The position numbers and the translations under genes were made by a program. Shown here one piece after another: positions 1 to 27,359 of a stretch of 64,000 bases of DNA. Source of the stretch: Chrysemys picta bellii (Eukaryota); NCBI RefSeq assembly GCF_011386835.1, contig NC_088803.1, forward strand, positions 5,952,001 through 6,016,000. Direction: 5' to 3'. The notes beneath the pieces were generated by a model. The model did no database searches. It was given only the letters and a program-made list of their open reading frames with translations, and was not told the DNA's origin. Each line of letters starts with the position of its first letter. Position 1 is the first letter of the stretch.

Positions 1-509
1 GGGAGCTGGCCAGCAGGGGGCGCTGCGTGGCCCGCAGAGAGTCGGGGAGCTGGCCAGCAGGGGGCGCTGCGTGGCCCGCAGGGAGTCGGAGAGCTGGCCA
101 GCAGGGGGCGCTGCGTGGCCCGCAGGGAGTCAGGGAGCTGGCCAGCAGGGGGCGCTGCGTGGCCCGCAGGGAGTCGGGGAGCTGGCCAGCAGGGGGCGCT
201 GCGTGGCCCGCAGAGAGTCGGGGAGCTGGCCAGCAGGGGGCGCTGCGTGGCCCGCAGGGAGTCGGAGAGCTGGCCAGCAGGGGGCGCTGCGTGGCCCGCA
301 GGGAGTCGGGGAGCTGGCCAGCAGGGGGCGCTGCGTGGCCCGCAGGGAGTCGGGGAGCTGGCCAGCAGGGGGCGCTGCGTGGCCCGCAGAGAGTCGGGGA
401 GCTGGCCAGCAGGGGGCGCTGCGTGGCCCGCAGGGAGTCGGGGAGCTGGCCAGCAGGGGGCGCTGCGTGGCCCGCAGGGAGTCGGGGAGCTGGCCAGCAG
501 GGGGCGCTG
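1..509 (+). repeat. 44-bp minisatellite (11.5 units, truncated by window start) in last intron of TSSK4; each unit contains a consensus CTCF motif
   Basis: Unit gggagctggccagcagggggcgctgcgtggcccgcag(g/a)gagtcg at 44-bp period; TGGCCAGCAGGGGGCGCTG at 7-25 and every 44 bp to 491-509. Confidence 0.95.
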
Positions 510-1047
510 GGGGCCAGACTGGCAGTCAGCACCCAGCACATCCTTGTGTGGCTGGGCGGATGTACATTGGGGGGGCTGGGCAGTAGGGGGGGTAGGTGGA
601 TGATAGGGGGTCTGGGCAGTGGGGGGGGCACACAGCGGGGGGCTGGACACTGGTGGCTGTATTGTGGGGGCTGGGTGATCCATGTGGGGCTGGGCAGTGT
701 TTGAGGCGGGCTTGGCAGATCATGGGGTGGCTGGGTGGATCGAGGGGGACTGGGCCCCATGGAGAGGTAAGTGGACCACAGTGGGGCTGGACAGATCGGT
801 GGGGCAGGGGGGTCGTGCGCATCGAGGGGGTCCAGACCCAGTGGAGGGGGGTGAGCCGACCATGGGGGGCTGGGTGCCATTTGAGGGGGGCCAGGCGAAT
901 CATGGGAAGCCAGGCCCAGTAGAGAGGGGTGAATGGCTCATGGGGGCTGGGTGGATCGAGAGGGGCTGGGCCCAGTGGAGGGGGCAAGCGACCCACGGGG
1001 GCTGGGCAGACAGTGGGGCCCCTTAACGCTCCACTTTGCCCCCCCAG

Positions 1048-1305
1048 GGCCTTGTGCACCGGCTGCTGTGCCCGGCGGCCCGGCGCCCCACAGTGCTGGA
1101 CCTGCTGCAGACGCCGTGGGTCCTGCGTTTCCAGGCCGAGCGGCCCCACACCGAGCTGCGGGCGCTGGAGGCGGCCTGGGGGGTGCGGGCCGAGGGGGGG
1201 CGGGTGCTGCCCAGGACCCCCTCCCTGCCTCAGCCCGGTGAGAAGAAGCGGGGGGGCAGCGGGACCCATGTGAAGGTGGCGAAGGTGCCAGAGAAGGGGA
1301 GCTGA
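1048..1305 (+). CDS. TSSK4: Testis-specific serine kinase 4, last coding exon (3' partial gene)
   Basis: Acceptor ttgcccccccag|GGC at 1047/1048; GLVHRLLCPAARRPTVLDLLQTPWVLRFQAERPHTELRALEA resembles recalled human TSSK4 C-terminus ([41 protein letters not shown]); TGA 1303-1305; AATAAA 1312-1317; synteny with MDP1/NEDD8. Confidence 0.8.
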   Translation, partial: GLVHRLLCPAARRPTVLDLLQTPWVLRFQAERPHTELRALEAAWGVRAEGGRVLPRTPSLPQPGEKKRGGSGTHVKVAKVPEKGS

Positions 1306-1899
1306 ACCCCCAATAAAGAGAGCCCAAATCTATGGGGTGCAGTGTGGAGAGGCTGGGGGCAGAGAGGGGCTCAGTGGGGAAGACCTGGGGGCACCGTGCC
1401 AAGGGGGTCAGGAAAACCGCTCTAGACTCTCAACCTTTTATTTTGGAGTCCTCCACCTGAACCCTGATTTCAAGGCAGCTAGAAAATGGGGGGCTGAACC
1501 CCCAGAATTGTGAACCCTGAGGTGGTTTCAGGTGGGGATCCCCTAGTGGGGATCACAGAACTGCCCCCCAATACTCTGCCCCCCCCCACAGAGGGGGCAG
1601 AACAGCCCCCCTGAAGTTCACACCTAGAGAGGGACCCCTCTGCCACCCTTGGGGTTTTGGGGTACAGCCCCCCACTTTCACATCTTTGGGGCCAGGACTC
1701 TCCTGTGCTCCCAGCGACACCTGCTGTGGGGGGCAGAGAGAGTCCCCCTTAGCATTCACTCCAAGGGCTCCAACACCCCCAGTTTGGGAGTTGGCACAGC
1801 CCCCCCAAAGTTCAGTACAAGTAGGAAGGATCGGGGGGGTGGGGAGATTCAGGGCCCCAGCAGGATCCAAGCCCCAGGGCGGCACAGCACTGCTGGCAG

Positions 1900-2820
1900 C
1901 AGCAGTAGGTTGTTATTTCCCCTCCCCCACAGCAGCTGGGACACTGAGCAGCCCCCACCGCACAACCAGCAGCAGTAGTAGGTTATCTCACTCAGCCACA
2001 CGCACACACGGCGGTAGTAGGTTGTTGTCTGTCTCTGACACCCCCCTCACCAGCAGTAGTAGGTTGTTCTCTCTCTTACACACAAACACAGCAGTACTAG
2101 GTTCTCCCTGTCTCTCATACACACACAGNNNNNNNNNNNNNNNNNNNNNNNNNNNNNNNNNNNNNNNNNNNNNNNNNNNNNNNNNNNNNNNNNNNNNNNN
2201 NNNNNNNNNNNNNNNNNNNNNNNNNNNNNNNNNNNNNNNNNNNNNNNNNNNNNNNNNNNNNNNNNNNNNNNNNNNNNNNNNNNNNNNNNNNNNNNNNTTT
2301 TCTCTCTCTCTCACACACAGAGCAGTAGTAAGCTATCTGTCATGGACCACCCCCCCCCCACACACACACACAGTAGCAGGTTATCACACACACACACACA
2401 TGGCCTGCAGCTGTAGTAGGTTGTTCTTTCTCTCTTACACACAAACACAGCAGTACTAGCTTCTCTCTTCCTCTCTCTCATACATACATACCTGTAGTAG
2501 GTTCTCTCTCCCTCTCTCTCAGACACACACACAAACACACACACAGCAGTAGTAGGTTGTTCTCTCTCCCTCTCTCTCTCACACATGCACACAGCAGTAG
2601 TAGGTTGTTCTCTCTCTCTCAGACACACACACATACACACAGAGCAGTAGTAGGTTGTTCTCTCTCCCCTCTCTCTGTTTCACTCTCTCTCTCACACACA
2701 CACACACATACACACACAACAGTAGTAGGCTGTTATCTGTCTCAGACCCCCCCCCACACACACACACACTAGCAGGTTGTTATCACACACCCGTGCCTGC
2801 AGCTGAGGTAGGCTGTTATC
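1900..2820. repeat. Compound (CA)n/(CT)n minisatellite with core cagcagtagtaggttgttctctct; contains assembly gap of 169 N (2129-2297)
   Basis: Core motif recurs about 20 times, separated by CA and CT runs; N run seen directly. Confidence 0.9.
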
Positions 2821-2925
2821 CCCCCCTTGCTCACACAGAGGGAGATAGAGGCTCAGTCACTCCGGAGTTTATTCTGCCCCTTGCGGGGGGGGAGGAGTGC
2901 GGGGGGGGGCACCGGTGTGCGGGGG

Positions 2926-12110
<9,185 letters not shown>

Positions 12111-12299
12111 TGCGCCCCTTTCTCGGGGGCGGGGAACAGAGAGCGATGGGGGGGGGTCGGACTCGGGGGGCTGGAGGGAGGGGCCAGGGAGTTTCTGAGC
12201 TGGGTGGGGCTGAGCCGGGCTGTGCCCCACGTGTCGGGCCACAGAGACTCAGGCTAGACAGGCCGCTCTGCAGTTAAGCCCGCGTGTGCCAGTGCAGAG

Positions 12300-13330
12300 A
12301 CTCACTCCAGAGCCAGCTGCATCTCAGCGCCGGGCGAGGGGTCCCGCTGTAACCAGCTCCCCCACCCCCCCCCAGAGCCAGCTGCATCTCAGTGCTGGGC
12401 GAGGGGTCCCCCTGTAACCAGCCCCCACACCCCCCCAGAGCCAGCTGCATCTCAGCGCCGGGCGAGGGGTCCCCCTGTAACCAGCTCCCCCACACCCCCC
12501 CAGAGCCAGCTGCATCTCAGTGCCGGGCGCGGGGTCCCCCTGTAACCAGCTCCCCCACCCCCCCCCAGAGCCAGCTGCATCTCAGTGCCGGGCGCGGGGT
12601 CCCCCTGTAACCAGCTCCCCCACACACCCCCAGAGCCAGCTGCATCTCAGTGCCGGGCGCGGGGTCCCCCTGTAATCAGCTCCCCCACACCCCCCCAGAG
12701 CCAGCTGCATCTCAGTGCCGGGCGAGGGGTCCCCCTGTAACCAGCCCCCGCACCCCTCCCGCAGAGCCAGCTGCATCTCAGCGCCGGGCGAGGGCTCCCC
12801 GTGTAACCAGCTCCCCCACACACCCCCAGAGCCAGCTGCATCTCAGTGCCGGGCGAGGGGTCCCCCTGTAACCAGCCCCCGCACCCCTCCCGCAGAGCCA
12901 GCTGCATCTCAGCGCCGGGCGAGGGGGCCCCGTACTCCCCCCCAAGCCAGCTGCATTTCAGCGCTGGGCGAGGGGGCCCCGTGTAACCAGCCCCCCCAGA
13001 GCCAGCTACATGTCAGTGCCGGGCGAGGGGTCCCCGTGTAACCAGGCCCCGCATTCCCCCCCACAAGCCAGCTGCATCTCAGCGCCGGGCGAGGGGGCCC
13101 CGTGTAACCAGCCCCCCCAAGCCAGCTGCATCTCAGTGCCAGGCAAGGGGCCCCCTGTAACCAGCCCCCCCAGAGCCAGCTGCATCTCAGTGCCGGGCGA
13201 GGGGCCCCCTGTAACCAGCCCCCCCAGAGGCAACCCCATCTCAGTGCCAGGTGAGGGGTCCCTGTGTAACCAGCGCCCCCCCCCCCCCCCAAGCCACCTG
13301 CATGCCAGGACCAGGCAAGGGGTCCCCGCA
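12300..13330. repeat. About 64-bp minisatellite between NEDD8 3' end and MDP1 start
   Basis: Unit cagagccagctgcatctcagtgccgggcgaggggtccccctgtaaccagctccccc; about 16 copies; CAGCTG in most units. Confidence 0.92.
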
Positions 13331-13987
13331 GGAGTGAGGGAAGCTCCCTAACAGAGGAGGCCCTACCTCTCCGCACCGTCTCTTCACTACAAGTCCCTGC
13401 TGCCCGCTCACTCCTCCTTGCCCCCTCCTCCCCATGGCTTGCCCTTACGGGGGTAAAACTGGGTGGGCCACAGCCCCTGGCCCCACTTCTTCTGGCACGC
13501 TAGGTCCCTGTCTAACCAGCCCTTACGCCCACCCCAGATGGGCCCCCTCTCAGTGGGGCTCACTGTATAACCAGCCCTCGCCCCCCCTTGGAGGGGTTAC
13601 GTCTCAGCGCCAGGTCCCCAAATACCAGCACCCGTACCCCCCACCAGCAGCTGCATCTTAATGCTGGGCAAGGGGCCCCCCTCTAACCAGCTCCCCACAG
13701 AGGGGCCATGTCTCAGCATCAGACGAGGGGTCGCCCTCTAACCAGCCCCCACCCCAGAAGCAACCGCATCTCCACACCCTGCTGCACTGAGACACCTTTA
13801 TTAACACTCAGCAATCCAAACACAGGAAACAAGACACCAACGGGGACCCTCGAGCGCTGCCCCAGCCCCCCATGGCCGGCCGCCCCCACTGAGAGTCCAT
13901 GGGGGAGGGGGAAGCAGCCATCCGGACAGTGCTAGCAGAGCGGGGGGTGCGTGGGGGGGGCTCTGTCGCTCCAGTGGGGGGGTCCCA

Positions 13988-15995
<2,008 letters not shown>

Positions 15996-16765
15996 CGTGG
16001 CCCGGCAGCGCCTCACCTCTGGCCCGGAACCAGAACCCAGCCCCCCCGCCGCTCGGAGGCTTTTACCCAGCAGCCTCCGCGCGCGCGCAGCCCTCAGCCT
16101 GACGTCACTTCCTCCACTTTTCCAGCCCCGCCCCGCGGGGCACGATGGGAGCCGTGGTCCCCTCAGCACCGCCCCCGGTGCGGAACAACCCGAGGGACTA
16201 CACCTCCCATGGGGCAACGCAGAACTCAAGGGGGGCGCGCGGACGCGCAAAGGCTTATGGGAGCTCCGTAAGTCCGGTGCATGATGGGAGTTGTAGTCCG
16301 GTACACCTGTTACTCCTTGAGCACGACGGCGGACCGCACTACTTTTCCCATGAGGCAAAGCGGCTGGGCAGGACTATAAGCGAGGGAGGCGCAAAGGAGC
16401 ATGGTAAATAAAGCTGGCGGGCCTGAGAGGCCCTGCCTTCCCGGTGCATGATGGGAGTTGTAGTCCGCTCACATCGTTACTCCTTCAAAACAGCAAGGAG
16501 CCGGACTGCATTTCCCATGAGGCGCCGGCGCAGAAAATGGCTACCTAGCTGATGCCCCGGCGCCTCACGGGAGATGTAGTCCCGCCGGCCGCCCACGCCC
16601 GTCCCGTGAGGCACCGCGCGCGGCAGCGGCATGGGGAAGGGGCGGGCGCTCCAGGAACCTTTGGGTGCGGAGCGATCGATCGCGCGTGAGGCTGACCCTC
16701 GCTCACTCCGCGGCGCTGGTAGCCGTCACCACCGGAAGTGGGGGAGGGGCGCACCGGAAGTGGCC
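15996..16765. promoter_or_regulatory. NEDD8/GMPR2 bidirectional CpG-island promoter
   Basis: Head-to-head genes; CRE-ETS TGACGTCACTTCC from 16100; six ACTAYRNNNCCCR-type motifs 16197-16580; CCGGAAGT near 16732 and 16753; CpG-rich. Confidence 0.85.
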
Positions 16766-17466
16766 TCACCACAAGGCCTTGTTGCCTGTCTGGGTTCCAG
16801 ACCCCGCCGGCCCTTCACGGGGTGGCCTGGTGGGGCTGGTGCAGGGGTCAGCCCCCAATGGCAAGATGGGCTGGGGCAGGTAGAGACAAGGGTGATGGGG
16901 TCAGAGGTCATGGTAGCATTCGAATCTGCGTTCCAAAGGGGTCAGAGGTCACAGATGGAGGTTACGCCCTGGTCGGGGGTTCGGTTATGGGAGGGGGACA
17001 GAAGTCATGAACTAGCTGGAGGTCACTGTGGGGCCAGAGGTTCGGGGGGGTCGGCTGTCGAGCAGAACTGTCGCTAGCGGTGTCTGGGGTGTCACGCTGG
17101 GGTCAGAGGTTGTGGTGGGGATAAGGACCCAGAATTGGGACCGTTAGACGTGATCTCACTCTGGGATCTCTGGCAACTTGCTGTCCAGCACAGTTAGCCA
17201 GGACCCACAGCGCCTGAGGCCTATGGGGAGTCACCTCAGGTGGGGCCATCAGATCTGGGGTCTTGTTGTCTGATTTTTAGCCAGTTGCCCTTCTGCCTTT
17301 CTCCTTCAGAGTGCCACACCAGATTCATGACGGCTGCCTGGTTCCTGAGCCCCACGCCCCAGTCCCAGTAAGGCGCCAGGGCTGGAGTGGAGTCTACTGG
17401 GGGCCGCTGGGATTGTGGAGGAGTCTCCCCAGCTTGTCCTGAGCCACAGTCTCTGCCTCTCCCACC

Positions 17467-22636
<5,170 letters not shown>

Positions 22637-23102
22637 AGGCCCCCAGTGCACCCCAGCACATCCAGGGGCAGGGATCCCCAGTGCACCCCACCACATCCAG
22701 CGGCCCCATAATGAACTCCAGCTTTGAGGGTCAGGCCCCACGCTGAGGAGAGTTTTGCCCATTGATCCCCATCTTTGAGGGGCTGAGGCCCAGCCATGAG
22801 GACCCCCTGCCTTGGGCACCCCAATATTCCCCTCCCGAAAGCGGGGCGGCAGCAGCGCTCAGCTCTGCCCCTCAGGACAGAGGGGGCAGAGCCAAGGGAT
22901 CCCCGAATTTTCCCCAATTATTCCATTCCCTGGAGCAGCCCCTGATGTTGGGGGTGGCAGAAGGGATCCCCAAGTCCCTCCCCGCCTTCTCCAGGGGGCC
23001 CATCCCCCCAAGGGTCGTCTCCCCCTACTCTGCCAGAGGGGGCTATGGGGCACCCCCCAAATGGAGACCCAGGGGGGGACCGGGCTGAATCATGTACAGT
23101 GT

Positions 23103-26100
23103 TTATTTGGTGTCACCAATTAAAGGCTTTGTGGGGCACCCTCCGGAGGCTGGTGCGTCTGTGCCGTGGGGCGGGGGCAGGGTCCCGGGAGCGCAGCAGC
23201 CAGGGCACCTGCAGAGAGAGGGGGAGAGTGGGTGAGGGGGGGTACGGGAGCGCCCCTTGCCCCTGGGGCACACAGAGGGTCACTCACCCGCTGGGGGGGT
23301 CCAGGTGGTCGCAGAAGGTGGGGATCAGGGTGTTGTACCGCGTGCGCTGGTAGCTGGCCTGGGGGTGATGGGGGGGTGAGTTATGGGGTCTGAGCAGGCC
23401 CCCTGAGTGACCCCTGAACCCCAGCCTGAGAGCCTGGCCCCTCAAGTGACCCCTGAACCCCCCCCAAGAGACCCCTGAACCCCAGCCTGAGAGCCTGGCC
23501 TCATGAGTGACCTCTGAATCCCCCTGACTGACCCCTGAACCCCAGCCTGAGATCCTGGCCCCTCAAGTGACCCCTGAACCCCAGCCTGATAGCCTGGCCT
23601 CCTGAGTGACCTCTGAATCCCCCTCACTGACCCCTGAACCCCAGCCTGAGATCCTGGCCCCTCAAGTGACCCCTGAACCCCAGCCTGATAGCCTGGCCTC
23701 CTGAGTGACCTCTGAATCCCCCTGACTGACCCCTGAACCCCAGCCTGAGATCCTGGCCCCTCAAGTGACCCCTGAACCCCAGCCTGAGAGCCTGGCCCTC
23801 TGAGTGACTGCTGAACCCCCCGAGTGACCCCTGAAGCCCAGCCTTAGAGCCTGCCCCCCCGAGTGACCCTGACTGCCCCGAGCTCCAACCCCCCCTTGAG
23901 CCTCCAGCCCCCCGAGCCGCTCTGCCCCGCAGCCTGAGCCCTGGCAGTGCCTCCTGCCCCCCCAAAGTCACTCACCTTCCTGCGGGGGCCGCAGCTCTCC
24001 TCCTCTTCCGACTCCCACACGATGTCCCCGCTCGTGTCTGGAGGGAGTAGGGGGTTACACATGTGGCCCCGGATGCCTGCGTTCACCCCATCCTTGGCGT
24101 CGCAGGGGTGTGTGGGGATGGGGACACGTGCTCCCCTCCCCCAGGGTTCACCACTGGGACAGAGACATACCCAGGCTCCTGGTTCCTCCTGGCATGGGGG
24201 TGGGGGAGGGGACACATACCCGGACTCCTGGGTTCACAACTGGCCCCTGCTCCTGTGGGGGCAGGGGGAAAAGGCCAGGGAATGACAACTTCCACCCCCC
24301 TGGACCTGGGAGTCCCTCTGTCCCAGTCCGTGTGTTGGGGGACCCCACCCAGACGCCTGGGGGACCCCCCTCTCCGAACGGCCAGTACATACCCAGGTCC
24401 TGTTCTCCGGGCGGCTGGCAGTGCAGGCCAAGGTCAGGGGGCATCCTGGGGGGAGAGAGGGGAGGAGATGAGCGGGGGGGGGGGGGGGGAGAGGTGCGGG
24501 GGGGGGAGTGGAGGGGGGAGACACACTCACTCTTCCTGTGCGGGTGCTGCCCCCTCCTGGCTCCGCCTCTGGCGGGACCCTGGCGTCCCGGGCACTGGGG
24601 GCAGGGAGGGCGTGCTGGTTACCAGCGGCAAGGCGGGTGAGCCTGGGGGAGAGAGGGGAGGTGGGTGGAGCCTGGGATGAGTTCCGCCCCTCCCCATGAG
24701 CCCCACCCCCAGGCTCTCCCACCCAGCCACATGCCCCACCCCCAGGCACTCCCACCCACCTACGTGTCCCGCCCCCGAGGTTCTCCCACCTACCCACATG
24801 CCGCGCCCCCCCAAACGCTTCCACCCACCCACCCACGTGCCCTGCCCCCCAACGTGCTTCCAGCCAACCACCTGCCCCACCCCCAGACACTCCCACCCAC
24901 CGGCGTGCCACTCTTCCACCCACCTGCCCTGCCCCCCAATCCCCCGCCTACCCATGTGCTGGTGGTAGCCCATGTCCGTGAGGTACTGGGCCAGGACGCT
25001 GAGCTCCGAGGGGCGCTGGGGGGGGCCGGCCAGGGGGCACTCGCTCCAGGCAGCCTCCTGCAGCTGGGGGGAGGGGGGGATTAGACCGCGGGATCCAGAA
25101 CTGACCCCCCACTTCCTTCCCCCCCCCATTCCCTCCCCATACCTGCTGGAGTTGGGGCGGGGGCAGGGTGCTCTCCAGGCGCCCCAGATACTCATAGAGC
25201 AGCCCCTCCAGCCCCCCCAGGAAGGGCTCCCCATATTCGGCCTCCAGCTGCTCCTGCCGGGAGAGCGCAGATGTCAGTCCCCAGGCCCCGGCACGGGCCC
25301 CTGGCACAGCCCCCCACCTCTCTGTGCCCCCCATGCAGCACAGCCCCATGCCCCCCTGTGCCTCCCACATGTCCCCCCAACCCTGTGTGCCCCCTGGCAC
25401 AGCCCCCCAGCTCCCTGTGCTCCCAACCTCCTGCACCCCCTGGGCCAGCTCTGTGTGCCCCCAACCCCCTGACAGCCCCCCAGCTCCCTCTGCTCCCTGT
25501 CCCCTGGCACAACCCCCCCAACTTCCTGCACCCCTGGCACAGCCCCCCAGCTCCCTGTGCCCGCCAACCTCCTGCACTCCAGGACAGCACCCCACTCCAA
25601 CCCTCTGTGCTCCCCAGCACAGCCCACCAGCCTCACCTGTGCCCCCAACACACCCCAATTCCCCACCCCCTGTATCCTCCAGAGCCCCTGCACCCCCGTC
25701 CCAACCAGCCCCCCTGCAGGCCACGCCCCAGCCCTGCTCACCTCCACGTAGGTCTCCCGCCGCTGCCGGTCACTCAGCAGGCCCAGCACCAGCTCCCGGA
25801 AGGTCTCCTGGGCTTCGCCCACCAGGCGCAGGTCCCGGGCGGTCTGGGCGGGGGGCAGCAGGACGTGAGCGCCTGGGTCCAACCAGCTGCTGAAATGCAG
25901 CCACCTCTAGGGCGCGGCGCAGGAACCAGCCTCTGCCCGTCTCCCTGCAGCACAGCGCCCCCTAGCGCCAGCACTGACTGTGGGGGGAGAGCGCCCCCTA
26001 TTGAGCCCCCGCCCTGCCTCGCTCCCTGCAGCACAGCGCCCCCTAGCGCCAGCACTGACTGTGGGGGGAGAGCGCCCCCTATTGAGCCCCCGCCCTGCCT

Positions 26101-27359
26101 CGCTCCCTGCAGCACAGCGCCCCCTAGCGCCAGCACTGACTGTGGGGGGAGAGCGCCCCCTATTGAGCCCCCGCCCTGCCTCGCTCCCTGCAGCACAGCG
26201 CCCCCTAGCGCCATGCTGGGGCCAGGTCTGATGGCCAGGGGAGAGCGCCCCTAGCTGATCCCCCCACCCCGCTCCTTGCAGCGCAGCGCCCTCGAGTGCC
26301 ACATGGTGCCCGGGGAGCCCTCCCCCGCCGCAGGGCAGGACTCACGGCCAGCGGGTGGCGCCGGTGCTCGCCCTCGGGGAAGTAGGTGTCCACGGCGTCG
26401 TAGATCTTCCCGTCCGGCTGCTCCTCCTGCAGCATCCCCATGATCACCTGCGGGGAGCAGAGCATGCTGGGCTAGCGGGCCGGAGCTGGGGGGGGAGGCT
26501 GGGTGGCACGGGGGCTGCCCCCCCTTACCGCAGCCTGCAGGCCCAGGCGCAGCCGGGCGTAGTGGCGGAAGAAGACGACGTCGGGGGCCGCCTGCCCCAC
26601 GGCCTCCAGCAGCCCCAGCACCCGCGGGAAGTCGCGCACCTGCCGCGCCCGCATCACCTGCCAGGCGGCCGCCGCGGCCAGGCGCAGGGGGGCGCAGGGG
26701 TCCTGGCCGGGGGGGGCGGGCGTGATGCCCCCCGCCGCCTGCCTGGGGGGAGACAGAGAGGGGGGGATTAGTGGGGGGGGCGCCCAGAGTGTCTCCCCCA
26801 CCCCACCTCCAGGCCCCCCAGCCCCACCCTGTCCTGCCCCACCCCCTCTAGCCCCGCCCCTGCCCCATCTCGAGCCCAAGTGCCCTGTGCTGTCCCTCCG
26901 TTAGCCCCGCCCAACTGCCAACCCCAATGGCCCCGCCCTCCACCCTGCCCCTGCTCTAGCCCCGCCCCCACATCTAGCCCCGCCCGATCTCTAGCCGCTG
27001 GCCCCGCCCCTCCGCCCTGCCCCTGCTCTAGCCCCGCCCCCACATCTAGCCCCGCCCGATCTCTAGCCGCTGGCCCCGCCCCTCCGCCCTGCCCCTGCTC
27101 TAGCCCCGCCCCCACATCTAGCCCCGCCCGACCTCTAGCCCCCTCGGCCCCGCCCCTCCGCCTTGCCCCTGCTCTAGCCCCACCCCCACGTCTAGCCCCG
27201 CCCTACCTCTAGCCCCCTCGGCCCCGCCTCTCCGCCCTGCCCCTGCTCTAGCCCCGCTTCCAGCGCTGGCCCCGCCCCTCCTGCCCCCCACTAGTCCCCC
27301 TCGTATGCTCATGGCCCCCCCGCCGCTCACCCGTTTTGTCTCACGTCACTTCCGGCCAT
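23103..27359 (-). CDS. TINF2: TERF1-interacting nuclear factor 2 (TIN2, shelterin), about 357 aa, 11 exons plus a possible 33-nt microexon
   Basis: Exons 27359-27331, 26742-26529, 26447-26346, 25843-25742, 25253-25143, 25063-24952, 24642-24531, 24445-24393, (24252-24220), 24037-23976, 23358-23288, 23208-23103. LRLAAAAAWQVMRARQVRDFPRVLGLL, LEAEYGEPFL, GDIVWESEEEE, YNTLIPTFCDHL match recalled TIN2 motifs. First and last exons less certain. Confidence 0.88.
23400..23830. repeat. gagtgacccctgaaccccagcctgag minisatellite with 99-bp higher-order period (TINF2 intron)
   Basis: gagtgacctctgaatc at 23505, 23604, 23703. Confidence 0.85.
25945..26215 (-). repeat. 78-bp tandem repeat (about 3.5 copies) in TINF2 intron 3 with CTCF-like motifs
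   Basis: cagcgccccctagcgcca at 25953, 26031, 26109, 26187. Confidence 0.9.
26830..27300. repeat. GC-box (ccccgcccc) rich repeat in TINF2 intron 1
   Basis: About 63-bp units with repeated tctagccccgccc. Confidence 0.8.

Noticed and set aside
1-509. Regular repeat as a CRISPR array
   Set aside because: Head-to-tail units with no unique spacers, no cas genes, eukaryotic intron context. The same applies to all other arrays in the window.
27-1402. Long overlapping ORFs (for example 225, 247, 171 aa)
   Set aside because: Products of a stop-poor 44-bp repeat and GC-rich sequence; only 1048-1305 has splice signals and homology.
17327-17371. Upstream ATG in the GMPR2 5' UTR as an N-terminal extension
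   Set aside because: Out of frame with 17467 and stops after 14 codons; exon boundary not established.
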